A stretch of 64,000 nucleotides of DNA from Candidatus Cloacimonadales bacterium (GTDB lineage: Bacteria; Cloacimonadota; Cloacimonadia; Cloacimonadales; JAFGVF01). Position 1 is the first letter of the stretch; each line of letters begins with the position of its first letter. Shown here one piece after another: positions 54,437-63,789 of this stretch. The notes beneath the pieces are model-generated. The model ran no database searches and had not been told where the DNA came from. It saw only the letters and a list, made by a program, of their open reading frames with translations. The translations under genes were made by a program, and so were the position numbers. The stretch is from the NCBI GenBank assembly GCA_963667035.1, contig OY762964.1:448001-512000 (forward strand), in the 5' to 3' direction.

Positions 54437-56869
54437 CTATTTCACCACCATCATCTTTCCAATCGCCTCACTTCCTTCACAGCTGACTTTATAGAAGTAT
54501 ATCCCTGATGCTACAGATTTACGATTATTATCCTTGCAATCCCATACTTGTGAGTAATACTCTCCGGCTTGCTTATCCTCGGATGATAAACCTGCACTTC
54601 TTACTAACTGTGAGAAACTCTGAGTTATCTTAATATCTATAACCTTTTGCCCTCTGATATTATAAATCTCTAAGGTTGGTCTCTCTATAGGTTTCTTTGG
54701 TAATGTAAACTCAATGAATGCTACTTTCCCATTATTACCGTTAGGTGTTACAGGATTAGGAAAATGAGATACTTGTATCGAAGAAAGTGGGGTTGGTGCT
54801 GTTTCATTGTAAACATCTACAGTAGGATTATATTCATGTGCTCCCATATCTATTATATTACCCCATACTCTCGGATTACCCGTTATATCCAATGCCGGTA
54901 AGTTCATACCTAGTGTATCAGGTGTTCCGGTATTCACACATGGAGAATTCTCTGTTAGTTGTACCCATCTCGGGTCTCCAACAGGTATATCACCTTCTAC
55001 ATCTCCACGGAACATCGGATTTGCATCAATATTATTTACTCCCCACAATACATTATTATTAGGATTATCTGCTCCCGGTACTCCTGAAATTCCGTTTCTT
55101 ACAAGACTGTAATCTATATCAGTATTCGACCATAATGGATTAGTATCTCCACTTGCCGGAGTCCAGACACTCATTTCACATCCTCCTTCCGGATTATGAA
55201 TTATACTGTTTCTGATAGCATAATCTCCTCCAAATCTTGTGATTGCTGTGGGACTTGTATTGTTTGCAATTGTCATATTATTGAGAAGACATTCATTATG
55301 ATAGGTAGAGAAGTTAAACATAGGCATATGAGCCCAATAATAAGCAGCAGTATTATTATATGCTATGAAATTACTTAATTCAAGGTTACCATATGTATAA
55401 CTGTAACTCGGATTAGAATATTGGAAGATTATACCACTTCCATAAGTTGTGCAATTTGAGATTATCATATTGTTCACAGTAACATCACTTCTGGAAAATG
55501 AAACACAATGATGAAATGCATCATAATTTGTATTTGTCACATTGTTGACAATTACGTTGCTAAAATTGATATTATCACATTCATATGTTTTTATGCAAAT
55601 TAGTCTATCAATATTGTTTTGTATATTTTTTATTGTTACATTTTCAATCAAACAATTAGAACTAGAGCTCAAATTTATTCCAGGAATATAATTGTAGTTG
55701 GTCTCAAACATCATATCATGAAGATATAATCTATTACAACTCCCTACACCTAATGTTGATTCTGTCCCGGCTTGAGAGAATGTAAATCTAATCTTGCTAA
55801 TTTCAACATTTTCAACCATGTATAGTTTAACACTATTCATACCATATATATCCCCAATGGTCACTTCTTCAATCATACTACCTGTACCAAGTAACTTAGT
55901 GTGTGATTGCATTGATATAGGAAAGAATTGATTATTGTATGTATTATATGTACCGGGAAGTAGATGAATGGTATTAGGATTCAAACTATTCGGTTGAACA
56001 ATCCTATTTGCATAAGCAATTGTTTGTAATGCCGTTTCGGGAGTAAGACCATCATTGTTATCATTACCAAGAGGAGAGACATATAAATCTGCATCAATTT
56101 GTGTTAGCCAACTGTTTTGAGCTGAAACAGCAGGTGGACTTGAGCCATCATCATGATAGTAGGAGACAAAGTAACCGTCTGGCTCATCCAATGTGATGCT
56201 TAATGTATCAAGAATAATATCTGTACTTGTAGAGAACTGTAAATATATATCCTGGACAATACTATAATTATTGTATATACTATTCAAATTAGATTGATCA
56301 AAGATTATGTCACCATTTTTGACTCCAAGACCACCACCCCAATAAATAGCCCTGTTATTTCTTATTGTATTGTTTGAGAGAGAAACAGTGCTACCATTAT
56401 TACATAAAACTCCACCATTATACATCCCATAATTATTTTCAATAATGCAGTTTACTATGTCTACATCACACTCGTTATTAATAGAAATACCGCCACCATA
56501 ACTTACATCATCTCCATAAGAAAAACCAATCCCATTAGTTAATACAAATCCATTTAACAGAACTGTGCAATTGTCCTCAATCCTAATGCAGTTTGATTGG
56601 GAGTCTGCATCAATTATTGTGTTTAGGACATCGTCCCAGTTATTAGTTATCCCATATTGGCTTCGTAGTGTTACTGTCTTCTCAAGAATGTCAATATGTT
56701 CAAAATATCTACCTGGATAAACATGAATGATATCACCATTATTCGCATCATCGACTGCCGATTGGATAGATATATATGAATGAGTACCGTCCAGTGATAC
56801 TTCTCTTAAAGTTGAGTTAAGAAAACATAACGAGACAATAAATACTGTAAGTAATAAAACTCTTCTCAT
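54437..56869 (-). CDS. Secreted beta-helix CTD protein, paralog D
   Basis: Same architecture as A-C. Confidence 0.85.
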   Translation of the reverse strand: MRRVLLLTVFIVSLCFLNSTLREVSLDGTHSYISIQSAVDDANNGDIIHVYPGRYFEHIDILEKTVTLRSQYGITNNWDDVLNTIIDADSQSNCIRIEDNCTVLLNGFVLTNGIGFSYGDDVSYGGGISINNECDVDIVNCIIENNYGMYNGGVLCNNGSTVSLSNNTIRNNRAIYWGGGLGVKNGDIIFDQSNLNSIYNNYSIVQDIYLQFSTSTDIILDTLSITLDEPDGYFVSYYHDDGSSPPAVSAQNSWLTQIDADLYVSPLGNDNNDGLTPETALQTIAYANRIVQPNSLNPNTIHLLPGTYNTYNNQFFPISMQSHTKLLGTGSMIEEVTIGDIYGMNSVKLYMVENVEISKIRFTFSQAGTESTLGVGSCNRLYLHDMMFETNYNYIPGINLSSSSNCLIENVTIKNIQNNIDRLICIKTYECDNINFSNVIVNNVTNTNYDAFHHCVSFSRSDVTVNNMIISNCTTYGSGIIFQYSNPSYSYTYGNLELSNFIAYNNTAAYYWAHMPMFNFSTYHNECLLNNMTIANNTSPTAITRFGGDYAIRNSIIHNPEGGCEMSVWTPASGDTNPLWSNTDIDYSLVRNGISGVPGADNPNNNVLWGVNNIDANPMFRGDVEGDIPVGDPRWVQLTENSPCVNTGTPDTLGMNLPALDITGNPRVWGNIIDMGAHEYNPTVDVYNETAPTPLSSIQVSHFPNPVTPNGNNGKVAFIEFTLPKKPIERPTLEIYNIRGQKVIDIKITQSFSQLVRSAGLSSEDKQAGEYYSQVWDCKDNNRKSVASGIYFYKVSCEGSEAIGKMMVVK

Positions 56870-56888
56870 AGTTCCTGCTTTTTATATA

Positions 56889-56970
56889 TACCGGGTACGC
56901 GGACATCCTTGTCCGCAATCCTTGCAGGCAAGATGCCTGCGAACAAAGAAGGGTAGGACATGCCTACCCT
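56889..56970. repeat. Three-hairpin REP-like element, copy 5
   Basis: GGGTACGCGGACATCCTTGTCCGC; GCAGGCAAGATGCCTGC; AGGGTAGGACATGCCTACCCT; all three stems perfect. Confidence 0.88.
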
Positions 56971-56986
56971 CTAACGATTATATTGT

Positions 56987-59900
56987 TTATTTAAGTAACA
57001 TCATTTTCTTTGTCAAGATTTTATCGTCTGCTTTGAGGCGATAAAAATAAACTCCGGACGAAACTTTCTTATTATCATTATCAATACCATCCCATGTAAC
57101 CGAATGATATCCCGGTTGCATCCTATCATTAATCAGAGTAGTAACTCTTTGACCTTTTACATTATAAACATTAAGCTCGACATTCGTTTCATTAGCTATA
57201 TTATAATTAATTGTTGTTGTTGGATTAAAAGGATTAGGATAGTTACCCATAAGGTTAGTTTTTAAAGGTACTAAACCATTCTCAACATCCCCTTTTTTAA
57301 ATGATACAAAGGCAACATCTGTGCTTGAATTAGGAGAGACTCGCAATTTCTTAGTCACATATCTTTTTTCAACTTCATCCATTACTGCATAATTAGATAT
57401 TCTTGATTTCGACTTGCTATATGAATATGCAAGCTGGAAAGTAAGTTCTTCACCAATTAATGAAGGATCATCAACAACATAAGCTTTCAGAATTACATCA
57501 TCGGATTTTATTACTTCAGCTCCTTTGCATTCGTTATCGACAAACACTGCAATCTCTATCGGCTTATCGCCTTCATCATAACCGTCCATGTCAAATTTAC
57601 AAACGATCGGATAATATCCGGATTGTGGTTGATATGAGAATACCGTAGGTAAATCTATTACTACAGGACTTCCATTGGAATTTGTATCTTGCCATTCTAA
57701 ATCAAAGGTACTTGTACTAGGATTACCATCACTATAATTAGTAACAAATCTCACAGCTTCACCATATTTAAAAGTAGGAGAAACTCCTACTCCCATACTA
57801 GTTAGCCAAGTAGAACCAACTGTTGACTGCCCCTGCGGACAGTTACGCTCGGAAAGATTAATTGCACACCAATCCTTAGTATCTATTCTAGAAAGCTTAT
57901 CTAAAGTATTTTGTTCAATTGCTTCAAAGATATTCTGATTACTATGTAAGAAATATCCAGCTAAAGTTCGTGCAGGTTCTCCAGCTACAGTTAACTCTTC
58001 TACCTTAACAGTTTTCTCATCATTATTTGTTGATCCTGCTTTGAAACCATCAAACTCAATATAAATTGGAGCTTCCACGACTAATTCATTTAAATCAATT
58101 AGATAGCCCATAGTAGATTTAACTGTATCATTAATGTTTTCCCAGATATTATTATCAATATCCCAAATGATAGAACCTTCAAAATCATAATCAAACTCAA
58201 TTTCAGTCAGATAAAATGGATTATCACTAAACAAATACTCACTTGCTTGTTCACCAAACACATAGTTTGCTTTAGTAAAACTGCTTCCCCTTAAACCATC
58301 AAGACCGGGTATACATACCCAGTTTATTTCGTCGGGATTAAGCTCTATAACACTGTTCTCAACAACATACTCACCATTTTCTTGAGGTAAAAATGGCTTA
58401 GCTCCAATATCCATTCTAGACATATCAGAATCTCTGTCTTCGAATTGTGTCAGCATATCTCCGTTTGTGTCTACTACGTTTTCTTTATACCAAGGAATTG
58501 TATCTCCGTCTAAATCAGGATTTCCCGAATTGATACACGGCGATTTAGTTGTGCTATTCCAGATAGGTATGTAGTTAGAGTCAAGTTGTGTACTGGTACC
58601 AGTCATGCAATTATTTCCGGTTATACTTAGATTGGAATAACAGTAAGAAAATGTGTTAAGTTGTGATAATATTTCTTGTGATAGTGAATTGTAACCAAAA
58701 ATAATACAATTAACTATATTGTTTGTTGTTGATGTATTAAGAATTAATCTACTTGGATAGATTATGTTATATATACTATTTATAACAGTATTATTAAAGA
58801 TGTCACAATTTTGGGAACTATTGATAATAACTGGAGTTGAAGTAACAACTCTAGCAAGTTCAGTAGGATTCGATAACTCAAGAATATTACTTTTTAATAA
58901 GATATCTCTATTATCAGAGCCTATTTCTGGTAACTCTTGGAGAATTCCTTCAATGAACCCAGAGAAGACGTTATTAGAAATTAGAATAGGCTCAGTAAGT
59001 TGGTCATTTCTGGTATCAAATTCTGCAATTGTATAAACATTCTTTACGTAGTTATTCATAATGCTTGATGAGTTATAGTTTCTTGTTTCATCGTAACAGT
59101 AAAGACCTGTTTCGTTCTGAAAATCATAAGTATATGATTCCTCTGATTTAAAAAAAGTAGTTTCATTATTATATTCATTAATTCTGATGTCATTCTGGAA
59201 TTTGTTATTGATTATACAAAAATCTGATGCTCTTTCTAAACAGATGCCAAATCCACATTCTGTGAATTTGTTACCATCAATAATAGTAAGATAATAGCGA
59301 TAATAACTATTATTCGCTTGGTTGAAAGCAACATCCATCTTAATTGGATACTCATTTAAGGATGAAGCTGCTTTGAATATACTATCTAAAATAATCCATT
59401 GAGGAACACTCATATTATTATTCGTATTATAAATACTATTTGCATAGTTTAAATTCTCTCTCAAATGGCTGTTACTAATACGTTCACCAAAACTACATTT
59501 TACAATTTCACAATTTCTAGTAAATGCTCTAACTCCTGCCCCAAGTCTTTCAATAGGTAGTCCAGTAGGATTTCTTTGCTGAATTGTAAATCCACCTACA
59601 ACAACTGTTGACTCATTGTAAATTGGACATGTTTGCCAGTCTGACAGGATTTCTATTCCATTTACAATCTGTTGCATATTTGGTTCAGTTACTAGAAAAC
59701 AATAATCAGTTGCGTATTCTGTAACTTCTATTGGAGAGCTATTTATATATGATTTAACAGAAACAAATTCAACTAAATCTGGAGTCTCATCATCATCATC
59801 AATTGACCTGATAATAAATGCTTGGTTGAAGTATGTTTCTATTGGCAAACCATTATTATCGTAATTCACAAAAAAATGGAACTGACTGTTCTCATTATAA

Positions 59901-60109
59901 GGACTTCCATAAGTCGTAATAACATCTGGATACCCATTGTAATGATTAGGTAAAGATGGAGCATTATTAAATGGATAGTAAAATTCATCATAATAATGTA
60001 ACAGGCTATTGTATCCAGGAACATCTGGATTCAAGTTTATTGCAATTTTTATACTATATAGCGAAATGCAAATTAATGCAACAATTATCAGTAATATAAC
60101 TTTTTTCAT
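56987..60109 (-). CDS. Large secreted beta-helix CTD protein; C-terminal half paralogous to 28895-31054
   Basis: Signal peptide MKKVILL; KSPCINSGNPD.DGD..WY; DMSR.DIGA; GDKPIEIAVFVDNECKGAEVIK; CTD KKMMLLK. Confidence 0.82.
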   Translation of the reverse strand: MKKVILLIIVALICISLYSIKIAINLNPDVPGYNSLLHYYDEFYYPFNNAPSLPNHYNGYPDVITTYGSPYNENSQFHFFVNYDNNGLPIETYFNQAFIIRSIDDDDETPDLVEFVSVKSYINSSPIEVTEYATDYCFLVTEPNMQQIVNGIEILSDWQTCPIYNESTVVVGGFTIQQRNPTGLPIERLGAGVRAFTRNCEIVKCSFGERISNSHLRENLNYANSIYNTNNNMSVPQWIILDSIFKAASSLNEYPIKMDVAFNQANNSYYRYYLTIIDGNKFTECGFGICLERASDFCIINNKFQNDIRINEYNNETTFFKSEESYTYDFQNETGLYCYDETRNYNSSSIMNNYVKNVYTIAEFDTRNDQLTEPILISNNVFSGFIEGILQELPEIGSDNRDILLKSNILELSNPTELARVVTSTPVIINSSQNCDIFNNTVINSIYNIIYPSRLILNTSTTNNIVNCIIFGYNSLSQEILSQLNTFSYCYSNLSITGNNCMTGTSTQLDSNYIPIWNSTTKSPCINSGNPDLDGDTIPWYKENVVDTNGDMLTQFEDRDSDMSRMDIGAKPFLPQENGEYVVENSVIELNPDEINWVCIPGLDGLRGSSFTKANYVFGEQASEYLFSDNPFYLTEIEFDYDFEGSIIWDIDNNIWENINDTVKSTMGYLIDLNELVVEAPIYIEFDGFKAGSTNNDEKTVKVEELTVAGEPARTLAGYFLHSNQNIFEAIEQNTLDKLSRIDTKDWCAINLSERNCPQGQSTVGSTWLTSMGVGVSPTFKYGEAVRFVTNYSDGNPSTSTFDLEWQDTNSNGSPVVIDLPTVFSYQPQSGYYPIVCKFDMDGYDEGDKPIEIAVFVDNECKGAEVIKSDDVILKAYVVDDPSLIGEELTFQLAYSYSKSKSRISNYAVMDEVEKRYVTKKLRVSPNSSTDVAFVSFKKGDVENGLVPLKTNLMGNYPNPFNPTTTINYNIANETNVELNVYNVKGQRVTTLINDRMQPGYHSVTWDGIDNDNKKVSSGVYFYRLKADDKILTKKMMLLK

Positions 60110-60749
60110 ATGAATCTCCAAAGGTTTAAATTAATAGAAAATTACAGACTATGTAATACATCAATAATAGAGATTAGGATTATCCAAATTAACAGAGATT
60201 CTATTTAATTGGATCCCTCATTGAGTAGATTCAAGAATCTATGTCATAATTACCCCCAATAATCAAAGCTTATTATAAGATTCCAGTTTTCACATAATCT
60301 AATAAATGGTTATAGAATATGTCATTGCATTTTTAATAACTAGTTCATTGATAGTCTATCTGGCAGTGCCAAAACTTTATATAATAAGTATATCTACTAC
60401 TAGTGATAATAAGAAATATTTATTAAATCCTAATTCTTAGTGCCAATGTTATATTATGAAAATATATGTGTCAAACAATTTTAATCTTATAAATAATAGC
60501 TAAAAACTAATATACTACCGGCAATCTCTGCTTACCCTAATTTTTCTCTATGACGACACCTGTTGATAACATGAACAATCATCTAAGAATAAATCTTTTT
60601 GGCTTCAGTGAATAAAATGAAGAAATAGACTGTGGGTTGTTACATAGTTAGTATATAGATTTTCCTTTATTATGATAAATGACTAACCAATGTAGTATAT
60701 CAACATGTACCAAGCTCAATCGATGGTAGCTTATCATTCTTCAAACCAA

Positions 60750-60781
60750 TAAAAAAAGCCCGTACTTAATCGTACGGGCTT
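60750..60781 (-). terminator. Terminator of the kor-mce operon
   Basis: AAGCCCGTAC-6nt-GTACGGGCTT with a T run on the minus strand. Confidence 0.85.
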
Positions 60782-60802
60782 AAAGAATTATCTATAAATT
60801 AC

Positions 60803-61213
60803 TTAGTCGTGATGTTTTTCCTTACAGAGTTCTAGTAATACACCACCTGTTGATTTAGGATGCAAGAAAGCTATATCAGCTCCATGTGCCCCTGGTCTGG
60901 GTTCCTTATCAATAAGGCGTATTCCTTTTTCTTCAGCTTTTTGAAGCTCAGCAGGTAAATCATCAACAGCAAGGGCTATATGCTGAATGCCTTCACCCTT
61001 TTTCTCTATGAATTTAGCCACGGGGCTATCTTCACTGGTCGGACATAGAAGTTCAAGACGGCACTCTTTTCCTACAGTGAAGAAAGCAACTTTGATTTTC
61101 TGAGATTCAACAACTTCTATACTTTCCAGTTCCAATCCCATGCTTTGATAAAATTCAATAGCTTTATCAAGGTCTTTCACTGCAATTCCGATATGACTAA
61201 GTTTATTTATCAT
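60803..61213 (-). CDS. mce: Methylmalonyl-CoA epimerase
   Basis: HIGIAV, LELLCP, KFIEKKGEGIQHIA, GAHG..IAFLHPKSTGGVLLEL. Confidence 0.9.
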   Translation of the reverse strand: MINKLSHIGIAVKDLDKAIEFYQSMGLELESIEVVESQKIKVAFFTVGKECRLELLCPTSEDSPVAKFIEKKGEGIQHIALAVDDLPAELQKAEEKGIRLIDKEPRPGAHGADIAFLHPKSTGGVLLELCKEKHHD

Positions 61214-61796
61214 CGTTAGTCTCCTCTTCATCAGAAACTTCTCGTTCTTTCAGCTCTTTAGCTGCAAAGCTGAATCCCAGTTTCATTGCTTTTATGTTTA
61301 AATCAACAAAAGCAGGTTTAACTGTTGAACGGATAGCTTTCTCAAGAGATTTCTCATCAACAATTCCCGATATTTTTACCAAGAATGATAATGAAAGAAT
61401 ATTTGTCACAAGTTCTGTTCCGAGTTCGTTTTGAGCAATGTCGGTGAAAGGTAGCTCATAAGTATTAGGAGCTTGAATAGCAATATGCTTAACATGAGAT
61501 GAATCAACAATAAGGATTCCACCCGGTTTAAGATCAAGAACGTATTTATCACAAGCTTCCTGAGTCAGACTAAGAAGTATGTCCTGTCTGATTGCTTCAG
61601 GGAAGTTAATATCTTCGTTACTGATAATAACATCGGCTCTTGAATAACCACCGCGTGATTCAGGTCCGTAACTTTGAGTTTGAGTTACTTTGTTGCCTTC
61701 TAAAACTGCGGCATTGGCAAGGATAATTCCACCAAGGATGAGTCCCTGACCACCACTTCCACTGAGTCTGATCTCTTTGAATAATGTTTCGCTCAT
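61203..61796 (-). CDS. korC: 2-oxoacid:ferredoxin oxidoreductase gamma subunit
   Basis: GSGGQG, QSYGPESRGG. Confidence 0.88.
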   Translation of the reverse strand: MSETLFKEIRLSGSGGQGLILGGIILANAAVLEGNKVTQTQSYGPESRGGYSRADVIISNEDINFPEAIRQDILLSLTQEACDKYVLDLKPGGILIVDSSHVKHIAIQAPNTYELPFTDIAQNELGTELVTNILSLSFLVKISGIVDEKSLEKAIRSTVKPAFVDLNIKAMKLGFSFAAKELKEREVSDEEETNDDK

Positions 61797-61804
61797 GGGT
61801 ACTC

Positions 61805-62635
61805 CTATTTGCCTTTAACTTTGTCAACTAGAGCCTGATACTTATCACAGTATTCAGGGACTTCTACTTGCTTCATGACGCCACGAATAATCTTACCTTC
61901 GATTTTCTCGGGAGGTAATTTATCCATTGCAGTATTAAGAATTGAGTTATCTCTCATGTGCATCATCATCTCGGGAGCTCCGCCTTTTTTATTCAGACGC
62001 CCAAAGATAACAGGACATGCACTTACAACATCAATAATTGAGAATCCTTTGTGTTGCATAGCATCAACAATCATCTTCTGTAATTCGATTGTATGGAAAG
62101 CAGTTGTTCGTGCAACATAGGTAGCACCGGCACCGATAGCTAAATTACAAAGGTCAAAAGGAGCATCTAAATTACCATAAGGAGCTGTAGTTGCTCTTGC
62201 ATCTACAGGAGTTGTAGGAGAGTATTGTCCACCGGTCATACCATAGATATTATTATTAATAACTATAACAGTGATGTCAATATTTCTTCTAGCGGCATGA
62301 ATAAGGTGATTACCACCGATAGCGGAACTGTCACCGTCTCCTGTAACAACAATCACTTTCATATCAGGGTTATAGGTCTTAACACCTGTAGCAAATGCGA
62401 TAGCTCTTCCATGAAGAGTATGTAATGTATTAAGATCAATGTAAACAGGCATACGGCTTGAACAACCGATTCCTGAAACCATTGTAATATTATTTCTGTC
62501 TAAGTTTTGTTCTGCTATGGCTCTGATGATTGTACCAAGGATTGTTCCATTGCTACAACCTGCACACCATACGTGTGGGAACTTTTTGTCATGACGGAGG
62601 AAATTATGTACTACTCTTTGCGGTACCTTTTTCAT
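61805..62635 (-). CDS. korB: 2-oxoacid:ferredoxin oxidoreductase beta subunit
   Basis: WCAGC, SGIGCS, HGRA, GDGD..AIGGNH, NNNIYGMTGGQ. Confidence 0.9.
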   Translation of the reverse strand: MKKVPQRVVHNFLRHDKKFPHVWCAGCSNGTILGTIIRAIAEQNLDRNNITMVSGIGCSSRMPVYIDLNTLHTLHGRAIAFATGVKTYNPDMKVIVVTGDGDSSAIGGNHLIHAARRNIDITVIVINNNIYGMTGGQYSPTTPVDARATTAPYGNLDAPFDLCNLAIGAGATYVARTTAFHTIELQKMIVDAMQHKGFSIIDVVSACPVIFGRLNKKGGAPEMMMHMRDNSILNTAMDKLPPEKIEGKIIRGVMKQVEVPEYCDKYQALVDKVKGK

Positions 62636-63789
62636 TACAATACCTCCTTAATTTTTTGAAGAATCTGGGTTGGAGTGATAAGAGTACCGTTTACTCTTTG
62701 GAATCCGATAAGTTTGGAATCTGATTCACTCTTAACAAGTCTTCTAAGCTCATGAAGCAATTGACCTTGATTAAGCTCAGGAACAACTACATATTCTACG
62801 TTCTTAAGCATTTTACGAACTGCATCGTCCGGGAATGGCCAAATTGTTAAAGGTCTTAACAATCCGACTTTGAGTCCTTCACTTCTAGCAATCTTAACTG
62901 CAGCTTTAGCTGAACGTGACATGATACCGGCAGCAAAAATAGCTATTTTTGCATCTTCCATCATGTAACTTTCAATTTGCACAAGGTCTCTGATGTTATG
63001 AACTATCTTCTTTTCAAGACGCTCCATCATTGCACCGGCTTCGGCAGGTTTGTTTGTTGGAAAACCGTGTTGGTCATGAGAAAGACCGGTAACATGGAAT
63101 CTGTAACCGTCTCCATAACTTGCTAGAGGTGAAAGATACTTTTGGTTTTCATCATAATGTTTATACCAGTGGGCAGGTACAGTCGGCTTAATACGATTTA
63201 TAATAGGAATTTCAGAAGCATCAGGTATTGATATTGCTTCACGCATGTGTCCGATTACTTCGTCTAAAAGTAAAACAACACAAGTTCTATATTTTTCAGC
63301 CAAATTAAAGGCCCTAATAGTTAAAGCATAGCTTTCCTTAACCGAGCAAGGATACAGAACTATAGCCGGAGCATCACCGTGTGAACCCCAACGAGACTGC
63401 ATAATGTCTCCTTGTCCAGGGCTTGTTGGCATACCTGTACTTGGTCCGTTTCTTTGAACATCAACAACAACGCATGGAGTTTCGGTTATTTTAGCAAATC
63501 CGATACCTTCTTGCATAAGAGAGAAACCCGGACCACTTGTTGCAGTCATTGATTTAGCTCCTGCCAAAGATGCACCTATAATAGCTGCAATACTGGCGAT
63601 TTCATCTTCCATCTGTATGAAAGCTTTACCTTTTTTAGGTAATTCTTTAGCAAGAATCTCGGCAATTTCTGTTGAAGGAGTAATGGGGTAACCTGCAAAA
63701 TAATCGCAACCTGCAGCTAATGCTCCGGCTGCAACCGCTTCGTTTCCTTGCATTAATACAAGACCTGGTTTACTAGTTTTGCGAGCCAT
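62635..63789 (-). CDS. korA: 2-oxoacid:ferredoxin oxidoreductase alpha subunit
   Basis: GYPITPSTE, QMEDE, ATSGPGFSL, QRNGPSTG.PT. Confidence 0.9.
   Translation of the reverse strand: MARKTSKPGLVLMQGNEAVAAGALAAGCDYFAGYPITPSTEIAEILAKELPKKGKAFIQMEDEIASIAAIIGASLAGAKSMTATSGPGFSLMQEGIGFAKITETPCVVVDVQRNGPSTGMPTSPGQGDIMQSRWGSHGDAPAIVLYPCSVKESYALTIRAFNLAEKYRTCVVLLLDEVIGHMREAISIPDASEIPIINRIKPTVPAHWYKHYDENQKYLSPLASYGDGYRFHVTGLSHDQHGFPTNKPAEAGAMMERLEKKIVHNIRDLVQIESYMMEDAKIAIFAAGIMSRSAKAAVKIARSEGLKVGLLRPLTIWPFPDDAVRKMLKNVEYVVVPELNQGQLLHELRRLVKSESDSKLIGFQRVNGTLITPTQILQKIKEVL

Noticed and set aside
23842..56869. Diversity-generating retroelement behind the near-identical 3' regions
   Set aside because: No reverse transcriptase in the window. 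The repeats are all coding, and their differences are mostly synonymous and not adenine-specific. The C-termini are the conserved part, not the variable part.
26180..56970. CRISPR array or integron attC sites
   Set aside because: Copies are kilobases apart with whole genes between them. No cas or intI gene is present. The element is three short hairpins, not one long attC hairpin with RYYYAAC/GTTRRRY ends.
60122..60749. Long AT-rich intergenic region as an ncRNA or hidden gene
   Set aside because: No convincing ORF, repeat or stable structure found by eye.
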